From: a virus
Lineage: Duplodnaviria; Caudoviricetes
Direction: 5' to 3' (one strand)
DNA length: 64,000 nucleotides
Virus record (IMG/VR): IMGVR_UViG_2675903061_000001
Coordinates: 24,380-88,379 of that record
Shown in pieces: positions 1-9,526 of this stretch (position 1 is the first letter of the stretch; the number at the start of each line of letters is the position of its first letter). The translations under genes were made by a program, and so were the position numbers. The notes beneath the pieces are model-generated. The model was not told where the DNA came from, did no database searches, and saw only the letters and a list, made by a program, of their open reading frames with translations.

Positions 1-13
1 CTGAGGAGACACC

Positions 14-1006
14 GTGAGCTCCACCACCGGCATCGAGTGGACCGATGCCACCTGGAACACCGTGACGGGCTGCACCAAGGTGTCGCCCGGCTGCGACTCC
101 TGTTACGCCGAGACGTTCGCCGAGCGGTTCCGGGGCGTACCCGGCCACCACTTCGAGAACGGCTTCGACGTCACCCTCCGCCCCGAGCGGATCCTGCTGC
201 CGCTGAAGTGGCGCAAGCCCCGCCGCATCTTCGTGAACTCCATGTCCGACCTGTTCCACGACCAGGTCCCGGACGAGCACATCGCCGAAGTGTTCGCCGT
301 CATGGCCCGCACACCGCAGCACACCTACCAGATCCTCACCAAGCGGCACGGCCGGATGCGGTCCCTGCTGTCGAACCCCACCTTCGGGCACCTCGTTGCT
401 GAGCAAGGCCGCGCCGGCCTGATCCGTTGCTCCGAAGACTGGATGGCGGTCGGCGCGATGCTCCTGGGCAAGCCGCTGCCGAACGTGTGGCTCGGGGTGA
501 GCGTAGAGGACCAGAAGCGGGCTGAACTCCGTATCCCCGTGCTGCTGGAAACCCCGGCCGCCGTCCGGTTCCTGTCCTGCGAACCGCTGCTCGGGCCGGT
601 GGACCTGACCCGCATCGCCGCTGGCTCGAAGCAGCAGCCGGACATGGTGTACGACGCGCTGGGTCAGCGGTACGGCGTGCCCGGCCGGTGGCAGGCCGCG
701 ACGTCCGCCCGGGTGGACTGGGTCATCGTCGGCGGTGAGAGCGGCAGGGCAGCGCGCCCCATGAGCCCGGACTGGGCCCGCTCCCTGCGCGACCAGTGCG
801 CCGACGCCGGAGTGCCCTTCCTGTTCAAGCAGTGGGGGGAGTACGCGCCGACCGGCTACATGGCGATCGGTCGCACGGAGCCGGGCCGCGTCCACGTCGG
901 CGACCCGCTCGACGAGCTCGGCCACCGCTGGGAGATGCGGCGCCTCGGCAAGCACCGCGCCGGCCGTGAACTCGACGGCCGCACCTGGGACCAGTACCCC
1001 GCCTGA
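14..1006 (+). CDS. DUF5131 (phage Gp37/Gp68) family protein
   Basis: N-terminal IEWTDATWNTVTGCTKVSPGCDSCYA, FVNSMSDLFH, FLSCEPLLG and WVIVGGESG motifs. Confidence 0.9.
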   Translation: MSSTTGIEWTDATWNTVTGCTKVSPGCDSCYAETFAERFRGVPGHHFENGFDVTLRPERILLPLKWRKPRRIFVNSMSDLFHDQVPDEHIAEVFAVMARTPQHTYQILTKRHGRMRSLLSNPTFGHLVAEQGRAGLIRCSEDWMAVGAMLLGKPLPNVWLGVSVEDQKRAELRIPVLLETPAAVRFLSCEPLLGPVDLTRIAAGSKQQPDMVYDALGQRYGVPGRWQAATSARVDWVIVGGESGRAARPMSPDWARSLRDQCADAGVPFLFKQWGEYAPTGYMAIGRTEPGRVHVGDPLDELGHRWEMRRLGKHRAGRELDGRTWDQYPA

Positions 1007-1077
1007 CCCGCCGTTGGCCGCCCCCGCCCGAATCGGGGGCGGCCACCACCACCGTACCCACCACCCCGGAGGACACC

Positions 1078-1728
1078 GTGAACACCACCACCGCCGCGCC
1101 GCTGATCTCACTGGACACGGAAACAACCGGCCTGGTCCCGGGCCACCACATGCCCTGGGAAATCGCGATCATCCGCCGCGAACCCGACGGCACCGACACC
1201 GAGCACCTCTTCCAGATCCGGCCCTCCGATGCCCACCTCCGCCACGTCGCCGACCCCGAATCCCTCAAGATCAACCGGTTCGCCGAGCGGTTCGCCATCC
1301 CCGACGGCCACGATGCCGCCGACATGCTCACCGGCAACAGCCCGGCCCCTCTCAGCTTCTTCGAAGCCTGCGCCCGCATCCACGCCCTCCTGTCCGGCGC
1401 CGTGGTCATCGGCTCCAACCCCAGCTTCGACACCGCCCACCTCAGCCACCTCCTGGGCGTCGGACCCGGCCGCCCCGAACCGTGGCACTACCGCGTCGTG
1501 GACGTCGCCGACCGCGCCGCCGGCTACCTGACCGGCCTCGGCCCGCAGCGGTCCGGCCTGACACCGCCGAAGCACGCCACGCTGATCACCCCGCCGTTCT
1601 CCTCCAAGGCCCTGTCCCGCGCCGTAGGCGTCGAACCCCCCGGCGACGGCGACGCCCACACCGCCCTCGCCGACGCGAAGTGGGCGATGGCTGTCTACGA
1701 CGCGGTCACCGCTGGGGGTGCACGGTGA
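1078..1728 (+). CDS. DEDDh 3'-5' exonuclease (DnaQ-like)
   Basis: LDTETTG, NPSFD and HTALADA motifs; GGAGG RBS. Confidence 0.85.
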   Translation: MNTTTAAPLISLDTETTGLVPGHHMPWEIAIIRREPDGTDTEHLFQIRPSDAHLRHVADPESLKINRFAERFAIPDGHDAADMLTGNSPAPLSFFEACARIHALLSGAVVIGSNPSFDTAHLSHLLGVGPGRPEPWHYRVVDVADRAAGYLTGLGPQRSGLTPPKHATLITPPFSSKALSRAVGVEPPGDGDAHTALADAKWAMAVYDAVTAGGAR

Positions 1729-2120
1729 CCCAGCTCCAGATGCCGTTCACCCCCGACGGCGCCCTCGACCCCACCCTCGGCGAGCACGCCAAACAGGCCG
1801 GCATGGCCCAAGCCGAAGCCGCCACCGACCCCGACTGGGCCGCCACCTGCGACGAAGCCATAGAGGAAATGGCCCGCCGCGGCCAGCCGTTCCAGGCCAG
1901 CGACCTCGTCCGCGCCGGACTCGTCGGCGAACCCGATGACCACCACAGGTGGGGAGCCCGCTTCGGCCTCGCCGCCCGCCGCGGCGTCATCGAGCACCAC
2001 CACGCCGACAAGTCGGGCCGCGCGACCTCCCGCCGCAGCCTCCTCAACACGTGGATCGGCACCGACACCTACCGCCAGCAGGCCGCCCGGGCCGAGGCCG
2101 GTGAGGGGAGGGCCGCCTGA
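1725..2120 (+). CDS. hypothetical phage protein
   Basis: GTGA overlap with the upstream stop; frame of ORF 966..2120. Confidence 0.7.
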   Translation: MTQLQMPFTPDGALDPTLGEHAKQAGMAQAEAATDPDWAATCDEAIEEMARRGQPFQASDLVRAGLVGEPDDHHRWGARFGLAARRGVIEHHHADKSGRATSRRSLLNTWIGTDTYRQQAARAEAGEGRAA

Positions 2121-2638
2121 TGACCACAGACCGCTGCCGCAACGGCCACCCCCGCACACCCGAAACCGTCCGCATCACCAAACAAGGCTGGCGGATCTGC
2201 CGCACCTGCGCCACCGAGCAGCGCGCCCGCCAGCACGCCTGGCGCCTCAACAAGAACCGCGCCCGCCGCAACCGCGAGTTCGACCGCCGCCACACCGGCC
2301 ACCAAACGCGCCTCGACACCCTCGGACGCCGCCGCTGCCTGGACTGCTCCACCAACCGCAGCGATCCCCGCATCCACGCCGCCGCCACCGCCCTGCGCGG
2401 GCTGCTCACCGCTGCCGAGATCGCCGACGTCCTCGCTATCTCGGAGCGGACCGTCAATCGCATCCACGCCCGCGCAAAGACCACCGCCACCGCGCCGGTA
2501 CCGGCACCGCCCGAGCCCGACGAGGACGACGTCGACCTGGTCGCCGTGCGCCGCTGGATCGCCGGCGACACCACCATCCCCCTCACCCGGCCCGAACGCA
2601 TCACCGCCGCCCACCTCATCTGGAAGGACGCCGCCTGA
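2120..2638 (+). CDS. hypothetical protein with Cys/His motifs and HTH
   Basis: CRNGH..CRTC motif; LTAAEIADVLAISERTVNR helix-turn-helix. Confidence 0.7.
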   Translation: MTTDRCRNGHPRTPETVRITKQGWRICRTCATEQRARQHAWRLNKNRARRNREFDRRHTGHQTRLDTLGRRRCLDCSTNRSDPRIHAAATALRGLLTAAEIADVLAISERTVNRIHARAKTTATAPVPAPPEPDEDDVDLVAVRRWIAGDTTIPLTRPERITAAHLIWKDAA

Positions 2639-4134
2639 TGTACCGCCACGACAACCACATCTGCACCCTGACGGACCTGTTCTGCGGCGCCGGCGGCTCC
2701 TCCACCGGCGCAATCCAGATCCCCGGCGTCCAGGTCATCATGGCCGCCAACCACTCCCGGCACGCCATCGACACCCACCAGGCCAACCACCCCAACACCC
2801 GACACGACTGCGCCGACATCTCCCAAGTCGTCCCCCAGCGCTACCCCCGCACCGACATCCTGTGGGCGTCCCCCGAGTGCACCAACCACTCCGTCGCCAA
2901 AGGCAAGAGCCGGGACCACGGCGAATGGAACGACGGCCTGTTCGCCCCCGACGGCACCAACGAAGCAGAGATCCGCTCCCGCGCCACCATGTGGGACGTC
3001 CCCCGCTTCTGCGAAGCCCACAACTACAGCCTGGTCATCGTCGAAAACGTCGTCGACTCCCGCTGGTGGGGACCCAAGACCCGGCCCGGCGCCATCTACG
3101 ACTCGTGGCTGTACACCATGAAGCACGGCCTCGGCTACGCACACCGCGCCGTGTACCTCAACAGCATGTTCGCCGCCGCGGCCGGCGACCCCGCGGCCCA
3201 GTCCCGCGACCGCAAGTACGACGTGTTCTGGCTCCCAGACCAGGTCAAGCACGCCCCCGACTTCGACAAGTGGCTGCGCCCCACCGCCGTCTGCCCCATG
3301 CACGGCCCAATCCGCGCGATCCAGGCATGGAAAACCACAAGGGTGTGCACGCCGGCCAACCCCTGGGGCCGGTACGGCAAGACAGGCCAGTACCTGTGGC
3401 GCTGCCCTCAGGTCGCCTGCCGCAACTCGGTCGTCACCCCGGCCGTCCGCCACGCCGCCGAGATCATCGACTGGGGGCTGCCCGCCAGGACCATCGGGGA
3501 ACGCAAGGGCACCAGCGACGAGCTCGCGCCCAACACCCTGCGCCGCATCACCGCCGGGTACAAGAAGTTCTCCCGCCCGTTCCTCGTGCCCAACGAGGGC
3601 CGCGAGAAGCCCCCGATGGACATCCTGGAGCCGCTGCGCACCGTCACCACCCGCAACGAGACCGGGGTGGCGCTGCCGCCCTACGTGGTCGAGCTGCGCG
3701 GCGGCGGCTCCTCCCACCGGGCCGTCACCGAACCACTGTCCACCGTCACTGCCGGGGGCAACCACCACTTTCTGGTGACCGCCCCCGACATGGTCCTGCC
3801 GTACTACAGCAGCAGCATCGCCCGGCCGGCCACCGAGCCGCTCGGCACGGTGACCACGACGGAAGGGCACGCCGCGATCTACGGCGGCCCGGTGCGGTCG
3901 GTGGACGACTGCCGCTACCGGATGCTGGAGCCGCACGAGTACCAGGCCGCGATGCACTTCCCGGCGGACTACATCCTCACCCCCCGCGACAAGCGGACCA
4001 AGGTCAAGATGCTGGGCAACGCCGTTACCCCGAACGCGGCCCGGGACCTGGTCGCCATGGCCGTCGAGGCGCTGACCGGGCAGGAGCTGGAGCCCGCCGC
4101 ACCGCCCACGGCCGCGGTGGGGGTGGCGGCGTGA
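2638..4134 (+). CDS. DNA cytosine-5 methyltransferase
   Basis: DLFCGAGG (motif I), SPEC (IV), ENV (VI), QSRDR (VIII), GNAV (X); TGATG coupling. Confidence 0.92.
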   Translation: MYRHDNHICTLTDLFCGAGGSSTGAIQIPGVQVIMAANHSRHAIDTHQANHPNTRHDCADISQVVPQRYPRTDILWASPECTNHSVAKGKSRDHGEWNDGLFAPDGTNEAEIRSRATMWDVPRFCEAHNYSLVIVENVVDSRWWGPKTRPGAIYDSWLYTMKHGLGYAHRAVYLNSMFAAAAGDPAAQSRDRKYDVFWLPDQVKHAPDFDKWLRPTAVCPMHGPIRAIQAWKTTRVCTPANPWGRYGKTGQYLWRCPQVACRNSVVTPAVRHAAEIIDWGLPARTIGERKGTSDELAPNTLRRITAGYKKFSRPFLVPNEGREKPPMDILEPLRTVTTRNETGVALPPYVVELRGGGSSHRAVTEPLSTVTAGGNHHFLVTAPDMVLPYYSSSIARPATEPLGTVTTTEGHAAIYGGPVRSVDDCRYRMLEPHEYQAAMHFPADYILTPRDKRTKVKMLGNAVTPNAARDLVAMAVEALTGQELEPAAPPTAAVGVAA

Positions 4135-4385
4135 CGACGGCAACCACCACCGCACACAACCGCACACGCCGGCCGGTCACCGCCACCGCCTGGCTGACCG
4201 TCCACCTCGGCACCACCACCCGCACCGGCACCTGGCACCCGCGGCCCCGCTGGATCACCCCGCCGGCCGCCGACTACCGGTGCCGCTGCGGATGGCACGA
4301 CACCGCCGCCGGAGACGCCGTGGCGGCGTTCGCCGCAGAGGTCCGCGGCCGGCACGCCAGCCAGTGCAAGGCGGTGCGGCGATGA
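4131..4385 (+). CDS. small hypothetical protein (CxC...H...C motif)
   Basis: GTGA overlap; frame of ORF 2862..4385. Confidence 0.55.
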   Translation: MTTATTTAHNRTRRPVTATAWLTVHLGTTTRTGTWHPRPRWITPPAADYRCRCGWHDTAAGDAVAAFAAEVRGRHASQCKAVRR

Positions 4386-4387
4386 CG

Positions 4388-4690
4388 TCAGGACTCGGCG
4401 CCAGCGCCTTCCTCGTGGATCAGCTCGAGCAGCCGGTCGTAGAGCGACTTCGCGACCGCTCCGCGCTGCTCGTCGGTCAGGTCCCCAAGCGCCCGGGCGA
4501 TCGCCTCGGCCGCCTGCCGGTCCCGCTTCGCCTGCTCGTAGAAGGCATAGCTGACGAGGACGGCGGCTTCCTTGCCGCGGTTCATGAGGATCGTGGGTTC
4601 GCCGGCGAACCGGGCGCGCGCGATGACCTCTCCGAGGACGTTGCGGGCCTCGGCGATCTTCGCGCGGTGCTCGGTGCGGGGCGTGGTCAT
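4388..4690 (-). CDS. Phd/YefM-family antitoxin-like protein (orphan)
   Basis: IAEARNVLGEVIARARFAGEPTILMNRGKEAAVLVS matches the Phd DNA-binding pattern. Confidence 0.8.
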   Translation of the reverse strand: MTTPRTEHRAKIAEARNVLGEVIARARFAGEPTILMNRGKEAAVLVSYAFYEQAKRDRQAAEAIARALGDLTDEQRGAVAKSLYDRLLELIHEEGAGAES

Positions 4691-4753
4691 GGCTACAGCG
4701 TAGCGGATTCGCTACAGACCACAACATCGCCAATTCGCTTTCTTAGCTATGAT
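4691..4753. promoter_or_regulatory. Divergent promoters: leaderless minus-strand -10 for phd, plus-strand -10 for the replication operon, palindromic operator
   Basis: TACGCT (minus, 4697-4702) 6 nt before ATG; GTAGCG-GATT-CGCTAC at 4700-4715; TATGAT at 4748-4753. Confidence 0.55.
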
Positions 4754-4845
4754 GGGCATGTGAGGGTTCGCGAGGCGCCGCCTCCCTGACCTGCAATTCG
4801 ACTCGCCCGCAAACCCTCAGCCCCACCCCCGAGAGAAGGACGCAC

Positions 4846-5748
4846 GTGAGCCTCGACGCCATGCACTGGGTGTGGAACCACTCCCAGACGCGAGGGAACG
4901 CCCGCCTGGCCCTGCTCTTCGTAGCGGACCAGGTGCGTACCCCGGCGTGCGAGGTGCGCGTCAGCGTGGCCGACCTCATGTGCGCGCTGAACGCCTCCAG
5001 GAACACCGCGAGGGAGGCGATCCGGGCGGCCGAGGAGACCGGGGAACTGGAGACGATCGAGCCGGCATCGGGTCGCCGCGCGGCGCTGTACCGGCTCCCG
5101 AAGGCGGTCGGGCACGTCCAGCCGAGCTCTCGTAGAGGGTCAGAACTTGACCCTCTAGAAAACCGTAGAGGGTCAGAACTTGACCCCCTACGGCCCGGCC
5201 CCTCCCCCCGTAGAGGGTCAGAACTTGACCCCCTAGAAAACCGTAGAGGGTCAACTTTCGACCGTAGAGGGTCAGAACTTGACCCCCCTTACCCACACCC
5301 AACTACTAACCAGCAAGCAGGCACGGGCGCGGGTGAGGCCAGCAGCGACCAGACGGACGTCTTCACCGTCTGCGGTCCGCTCATCCAGGCGATGACCGAC
5401 GCCGGGATCACCGTCTCCTGGGACATGTCCACCGAGCAGTGGATGGAGACCGTCCGCGTCGTCCAGCGCGCCGGTGTCGACGCCATGGTCGAGTTCGCCC
5501 TCAAGACGATGCCGACCGCCAAGACGCCGGTCCGGTTCGCCAAGTTCTTCCTCGCCGCCGGATGGCGCGGCCTGCCCCCGGCCAGCGCCCGTCAGCCGTC
5601 GCAAGCCCGAATGCCCCGTTCGCTGCCGCCGCATTGCGGTGAGTGCGACCCGGACACCCGCCTCCGCTCCGGCGAGACACCCGACGGATTCCGCGTCGTC
5701 GCCCCCTGCCCCGACTGCCACCCGAACCGTGAAGGAGCCGCCGCGTGA
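4846..5748 (+). CDS. Phage replication initiator (N-terminal winged HTH, internal iterons)
   Basis: MSLDAMHWVW..RLALLFVAD N-terminus typical of phage initiators; directly upstream of dnaB; RRGSELDP repeats. Confidence 0.8.
   Translation: MSLDAMHWVWNHSQTRGNARLALLFVADQVRTPACEVRVSVADLMCALNASRNTAREAIRAAEETGELETIEPASGRRAALYRLPKAVGHVQPSSRRGSELDPLENRRGSELDPLRPGPSPRRGSELDPLENRRGSTFDRRGSELDPPYPHPTTNQQAGTGAGEASSDQTDVFTVCGPLIQAMTDAGITVSWDMSTEQWMETVRVVQRAGVDAMVEFALKTMPTAKTPVRFAKFFLAAGWRGLPPASARQPSQARMPRSLPPHCGECDPDTRLRSGETPDGFRVVAPCPDCHPNREGAAA
5131..5286 (+). repeat. Iteron array / probable replication origin
   Basis: CGTAGAGGGTCAGAACTTGACCC at 5131, 5164, 5209 and 5263, plus a half copy at 5242; each has a GGGTCA-N5-TGACCC palindrome. 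Confidence 0.85.
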
Positions 5749-7187
5749 GCCACCAGTACGCCGCCGAGCCCGGCTACGCCCCCGCCGGACCCGAGCCCGA
5801 CATGGAGCCGGAGCTGGCCGCTCCGGCGCTGCGGATACCGCGGGACGAGGCCGCCGAGAAGGCGGTCCTGGGCGCCATGCTCATCTCCCCGGCCGCCGTC
5901 AACGACGCCGAGGACGTCCTCGGCGACGGCAGAGCCTTCCGCCACTCCTCCGCCGCCCACCCGCTGATCTACCGGGCGATCCTCGCCGTCCACGGCCGCC
6001 CGGGAGTGGACGCCGACCCCATCACCGTCGCCGACCAGCTCCGCGCCACCGGCGACCTCGACCGCGCAGGCGGACCCGGCTACCTCCACCGCCTCGCCGG
6101 GGAGGTGTCCACCGCCGCGAACTGCGCCTACTACGCCGAGATCGTGCAGGACAAGCACCGCCTCGCGGAGATTCTCGCCGTGGCGATGCGCACCATCGGC
6201 CGGGTCCACGAGGCCGGGGCCGAGCCGGAGCAGATCCTGGACGAGCTGACCACCGAGTGCCACGCCCTGCTCGCGGCGAACGCCGGCCAGACCGAGAAGC
6301 TGTCCGTGGCGGACCGGTGGGAGGGCTTCGTTGACGAGCTCTCCGCCGGTAAGGACCCGGACGCCATGGACACCCCGTGGCCCGACCTCAACGACAAGAT
6401 CGTCTTCAAGCCGAAGGAGCTGGCGGTCGTCGGCGCCGCGACCGGCGGCGGCAAATCCATCCTGGGGCTGAACCTCGGCGCGCACGTCGCGCTGCGCCGC
6501 GGCCAGCCGGCCGCGGTGTTCTCCATGGAGATGTCCGGCAAGGAACTCCTCGCCCGCCTCACCGCGGCCGAGGCCGAGGTCGACCTGAGCCACCTGATCC
6601 ACCGGCGCCTCACCGACTCCGACTGGCAGCGCATCGCCCGTGTCGAGGAGCGGATGCGGAACGCCCGGCACTTCATCCTCGACGACCAGCCCGGGTTGAC
6701 CGTCGGGAAGATCCGGGCCCGGGTGCGGTGGATGACGGCGCAGGGCATGCGGCCGGGCCTGGTGGTCGTGGACTACATGCAGCTCATCACCCCCGAGGCC
6801 ACACGCTCGGAGGCGTCACGGGCGCAGGAGGTCGCGAAGATCTCCCGGGGTTTGAAGCTGCTGGCGGCCGAGGCCGACGTGCCGGTGATCGCCCTGGCCC
6901 AGTTCAACCGCGCCTCCGTGGGGCGCAAGCCGCAGGTCACCGATTTCAAGGACTCCTCGCAGATCGAGCAGGACGCCAGCGTGATCCTCCTGCTGCACCG
7001 GCCGCTGGCCGAGGACGGCTCGGATGTCGGGGAGCGGGCCGGGGAGGTCGACGTGATCGTCGGCAAGAACCGCAACGGCCCGCAGGGCACCGAGATCCCG
7101 CTCGCGTTCCAGGGCCGGTTCGGCCGGCTGTCCTCCCTCGCCCCGAAGTCTTGGGCTCCGACCGACGCCATTGGAGGCGCAGCATGA
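5745..7187 (+). CDS. dnaB: Replicative DNA helicase DnaB
   Basis: AEKAVLGAML, Walker A GAATGGGKS, FSMEMS, VVVDYMQL, IEQDA and KNRNG motifs. Confidence 0.95.
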   Translation: MSHQYAAEPGYAPAGPEPDMEPELAAPALRIPRDEAAEKAVLGAMLISPAAVNDAEDVLGDGRAFRHSSAAHPLIYRAILAVHGRPGVDADPITVADQLRATGDLDRAGGPGYLHRLAGEVSTAANCAYYAEIVQDKHRLAEILAVAMRTIGRVHEAGAEPEQILDELTTECHALLAANAGQTEKLSVADRWEGFVDELSAGKDPDAMDTPWPDLNDKIVFKPKELAVVGAATGGGKSILGLNLGAHVALRRGQPAAVFSMEMSGKELLARLTAAEAEVDLSHLIHRRLTDSDWQRIARVEERMRNARHFILDDQPGLTVGKIRARVRWMTAQGMRPGLVVVDYMQLITPEATRSEASRAQEVAKISRGLKLLAAEADVPVIALAQFNRASVGRKPQVTDFKDSSQIEQDASVILLLHRPLAEDGSDVGERAGEVDVIVGKNRNGPQGTEIPLAFQGRFGRLSSLAPKSWAPTDAIGGAA

Positions 7188-7594
7188 CGACGACCCACAA
7201 TCCGCTGCCCGTGCTGGGTCTGTGCCCGGTGTGCGAGGGCGAGGCCCGCATCCGCAAGACCGGCCGCCTGTACGCGCACCGCTGCGCCGGCGACGGCCGC
7301 CCGCCCGCCGCGCTGCTGACGCCGACGTTCGCCCACTGGCTCCACGCCCAGATCACCCGCCGCGACCCCCACGTCAACCCGGTCACCGCCCTGGCTGTGC
7401 GGGAGTTCCACGGCTGCAGCCGTCGCCGCTCGCCGGCGGATGTGCCGTGGTCCACCGCGGAGGAGCTGCACACCGAGATCCACGCCCGCAGCCGGACCGC
7501 GGGCGCGGGGCCGTGCTGGTGGCTGTGCGACGACATCGCCCGTGCCGGAGAGATCCACGCCGGGCTGCTGGCGCAGGTGGGTGGTGGGTCGTGA
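7184..7594 (+). CDS. hypothetical protein (Zn-binding motif)
   Basis: ATGA overlap, RBS GGAGG; CPVC...HRC. Confidence 0.6.
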   Translation: MTTTHNPLPVLGLCPVCEGEARIRKTGRLYAHRCAGDGRPPAALLTPTFAHWLHAQITRRDPHVNPVTALAVREFHGCSRRRSPADVPWSTAEELHTEIHARSRTAGAGPCWWLCDDIARAGEIHAGLLAQVGGGS

Positions 7595-7785
7595 CGGACA
7601 ACTGCCCGCGGTGTGGCCGGAAGGCCGCCGCGACCCCGCGCGGCCGGCAGGTCCGCGCCCGCTACCGCTGCCCGCGCGGCCACACCTGGACCACCAGCTA
7701 CGACCGCGCCGCCTACGGCTTGACCGACGACACCCCACCCGCCCACTGGACCACCGCCCTGGCCGACACCGAGGAGACCCGCTGA
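7591..7785 (+). CDS. small zinc-ribbon protein
   Basis: CPRC...YRCPRGHTW; GTGA overlap. Confidence 0.6.
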   Translation: MTDNCPRCGRKAAATPRGRQVRARYRCPRGHTWTTSYDRAAYGLTDDTPPAHWTTALADTEETR

Positions 7786-8045
7786 TGAGCACCACCCGCC
7801 CCAGCGCCGCATTCGACCCGGCCGCGCCGCTGAACACCCGGCCCGGCATGCCGCTCGGCCACCGCAGCTTCGGCGCCCACTACGACCCGGCATCGACACA
7901 GCGCGTCATCGGCCGCCACGTCTACGTCTTCCGGCGCCTGCCCGGGCGGCTGGATGTGTGGCGCAGCGAGCTGCGGGACGCCCGCGGCGGCTACCGGTGG
8001 ACCCTCGCCCACCGGTTCGCGACGGCCGGGAAGGCGGACCGCTGA
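7785..8045 (+). CDS. hypothetical protein
   Basis: TGATG coupling, GAGGAG RBS. Confidence 0.55.
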   Translation: MSTTRPSAAFDPAAPLNTRPGMPLGHRSFGAHYDPASTQRVIGRHVYVFRRLPGRLDVWRSELRDARGGYRWTLAHRFATAGKADR

Positions 8046-8242
8046 TGGCCGCCGCGGAGTTTCCGCTGCGGGTGCGGCTGTACGGCGGGCGGCTGGTCCA
8101 CGCGGGGCGGGAGACGTCGGTGACCCGCCTCGTCCTCGGGTGCGGCGCGAATGCCGACGCCGCGTCCCGTGCCCCGCTGCTCCTGCCGTCCGGCACGGCG
8201 GTCACCTGCCGCCGCTGCGAAGCCCGAGAGGACGCCGCCTGA
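8045..8242 (+). CDS. hypothetical protein (H..C..VTCxxC motif)
   Basis: TGATG coupling. Confidence 0.55.
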   Translation: MAAAEFPLRVRLYGGRLVHAGRETSVTRLVLGCGANADAASRAPLLLPSGTAVTCRRCEAREDAA

Positions 8243-8622
8243 TGACCCGTGGATACGGCCGCACGCGGGGCTACCGCCCGCAGGACAGCGAACTGCGCCC
8301 CGGCAAGACCGTCGTGCCGTTCGGCGAACGCACCACCATCTGCCCCGCCTGCCGCAAACACAAGCACGCGTCGTGCTGGGCGCACATGGCCGCGCTCGGC
8401 ATCGGCGGCGAGGACGGCTGCCCCTGCGGCTGCCACGAGCCGCTGGACGAGCCCGAGCTGACGGACGAGGCGATCGACGATATGGCCGCCCACGGCACGC
8501 TCGCCGAGCACGTCAAGGCGCGGAAGGCGTGGGCTCTCGGCAGCGGCCCGGCGCACTTCGGCGAGCCGTGCCGCCGCTGCGCCGCCGCAGCAGCCGTCCG
8601 CACCGCCGGAGGTGCCCGGTGA
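8242..8622 (+). CDS. hypothetical Cys-rich protein
   Basis: TGATG coupling; CPAC..H..C..CPCGCH. Confidence 0.6.
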   Translation: MTRGYGRTRGYRPQDSELRPGKTVVPFGERTTICPACRKHKHASCWAHMAALGIGGEDGCPCGCHEPLDEPELTDEAIDDMAAHGTLAEHVKARKAWALGSGPAHFGEPCRRCAAAAAVRTAGGAR

Positions 8623-9455
8623 AGCCGCCCGTGCCGTACTTCGGCTCCAAAGCCCGCGTCGCCGACTGGATCGCCAGCCTGCTCCCCCCGCACCGGCACT
8701 ACGTCGAGCCCTACGCCGGCGGCCTGTCGGTGCTGCTCGCCAAGACGCCCTCGGTGATGGAGACCGCCAACGACCTCGACCACGAGCTGGTCACCTTCTG
8801 GCGCGTGCTGCGGGACCGGCCGGCCGAACTGCTGCGCGCTTGCATGCTCACCCCGCACTCCCGCGCCGAACTCGCCGCCGCGCACGAGCCCGCACCGCCC
8901 GGCGACGACCTGGAGCTCGCGCGCCGCATCTGGTGCCGCCTCGCCCAGGGCCGGGCCGGGACGCTGCGGAACACCGGCTGGCGGCACTACATCGACCCCG
9001 CCGGGTCGGCGACCGGCATGCCCGGCTACATGGCCGCCTACCGTGACCGGCTCGCCGCAGCTGCGGAGCGGCTGGCCGCGGTATCGCTGGAATGCCTGCC
9101 CGCTCTGGAGATCATCCGCAAGTACGGCGCCGCCGAAAACGTGCTGCTGTACGTCGACCCGCCGTACCTGGGCAGCACCCGCCCGTGGTCGAACTACCGG
9201 TGCGAGATGCGGGGCGAGGGAGAGCACCGGGAGCTCGCGGCCGCGTTGGCCGGCTGTTCCGCGGCGGTGGTGCTGTCGGGCTACGACTCGCCGCTGTACG
9301 CGGAGCTGTACGCGGGCTGGCACCGGGCGGAGCGCCGGACGATGACCGGCAATGCGACCCGCGGTGACAAGGGCCGGGTCGAGGTCCTGTGGTCGAACCG
9401 GCCGCTCACCGTGCCGGAGCCGGCCGCCCTGTTCGCGGCAGAGGCCGCCCGATGA
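8619..9455 (+). CDS. DNA adenine methyltransferase (Dam/D12 class)
   Basis: PYFGSK, YVEPYAGG, NDLD and YVDPPY motifs. Confidence 0.92.
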   Translation: MKPPVPYFGSKARVADWIASLLPPHRHYVEPYAGGLSVLLAKTPSVMETANDLDHELVTFWRVLRDRPAELLRACMLTPHSRAELAAAHEPAPPGDDLELARRIWCRLAQGRAGTLRNTGWRHYIDPAGSATGMPGYMAAYRDRLAAAAERLAAVSLECLPALEIIRKYGAAENVLLYVDPPYLGSTRPWSNYRCEMRGEGEHRELAAALAGCSAAVVLSGYDSPLYAELYAGWHRAERRTMTGNATRGDKGRVEVLWSNRPLTVPEPAALFAAEAAR

Positions 9456-9526
9456 CCTACGCAAGCGTGCCCGCCCCGGGGGTATCGGGGCGGGCGCCCA
9501 CCTACCACACCACACCGGAGGACCTG

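Noticed and set aside
5131-5286. Repeats as a mini CRISPR array
   Set aside because: Intervening sequences are too short and partly identical, the repeats are in frame within a CDS, and no cas genes are present
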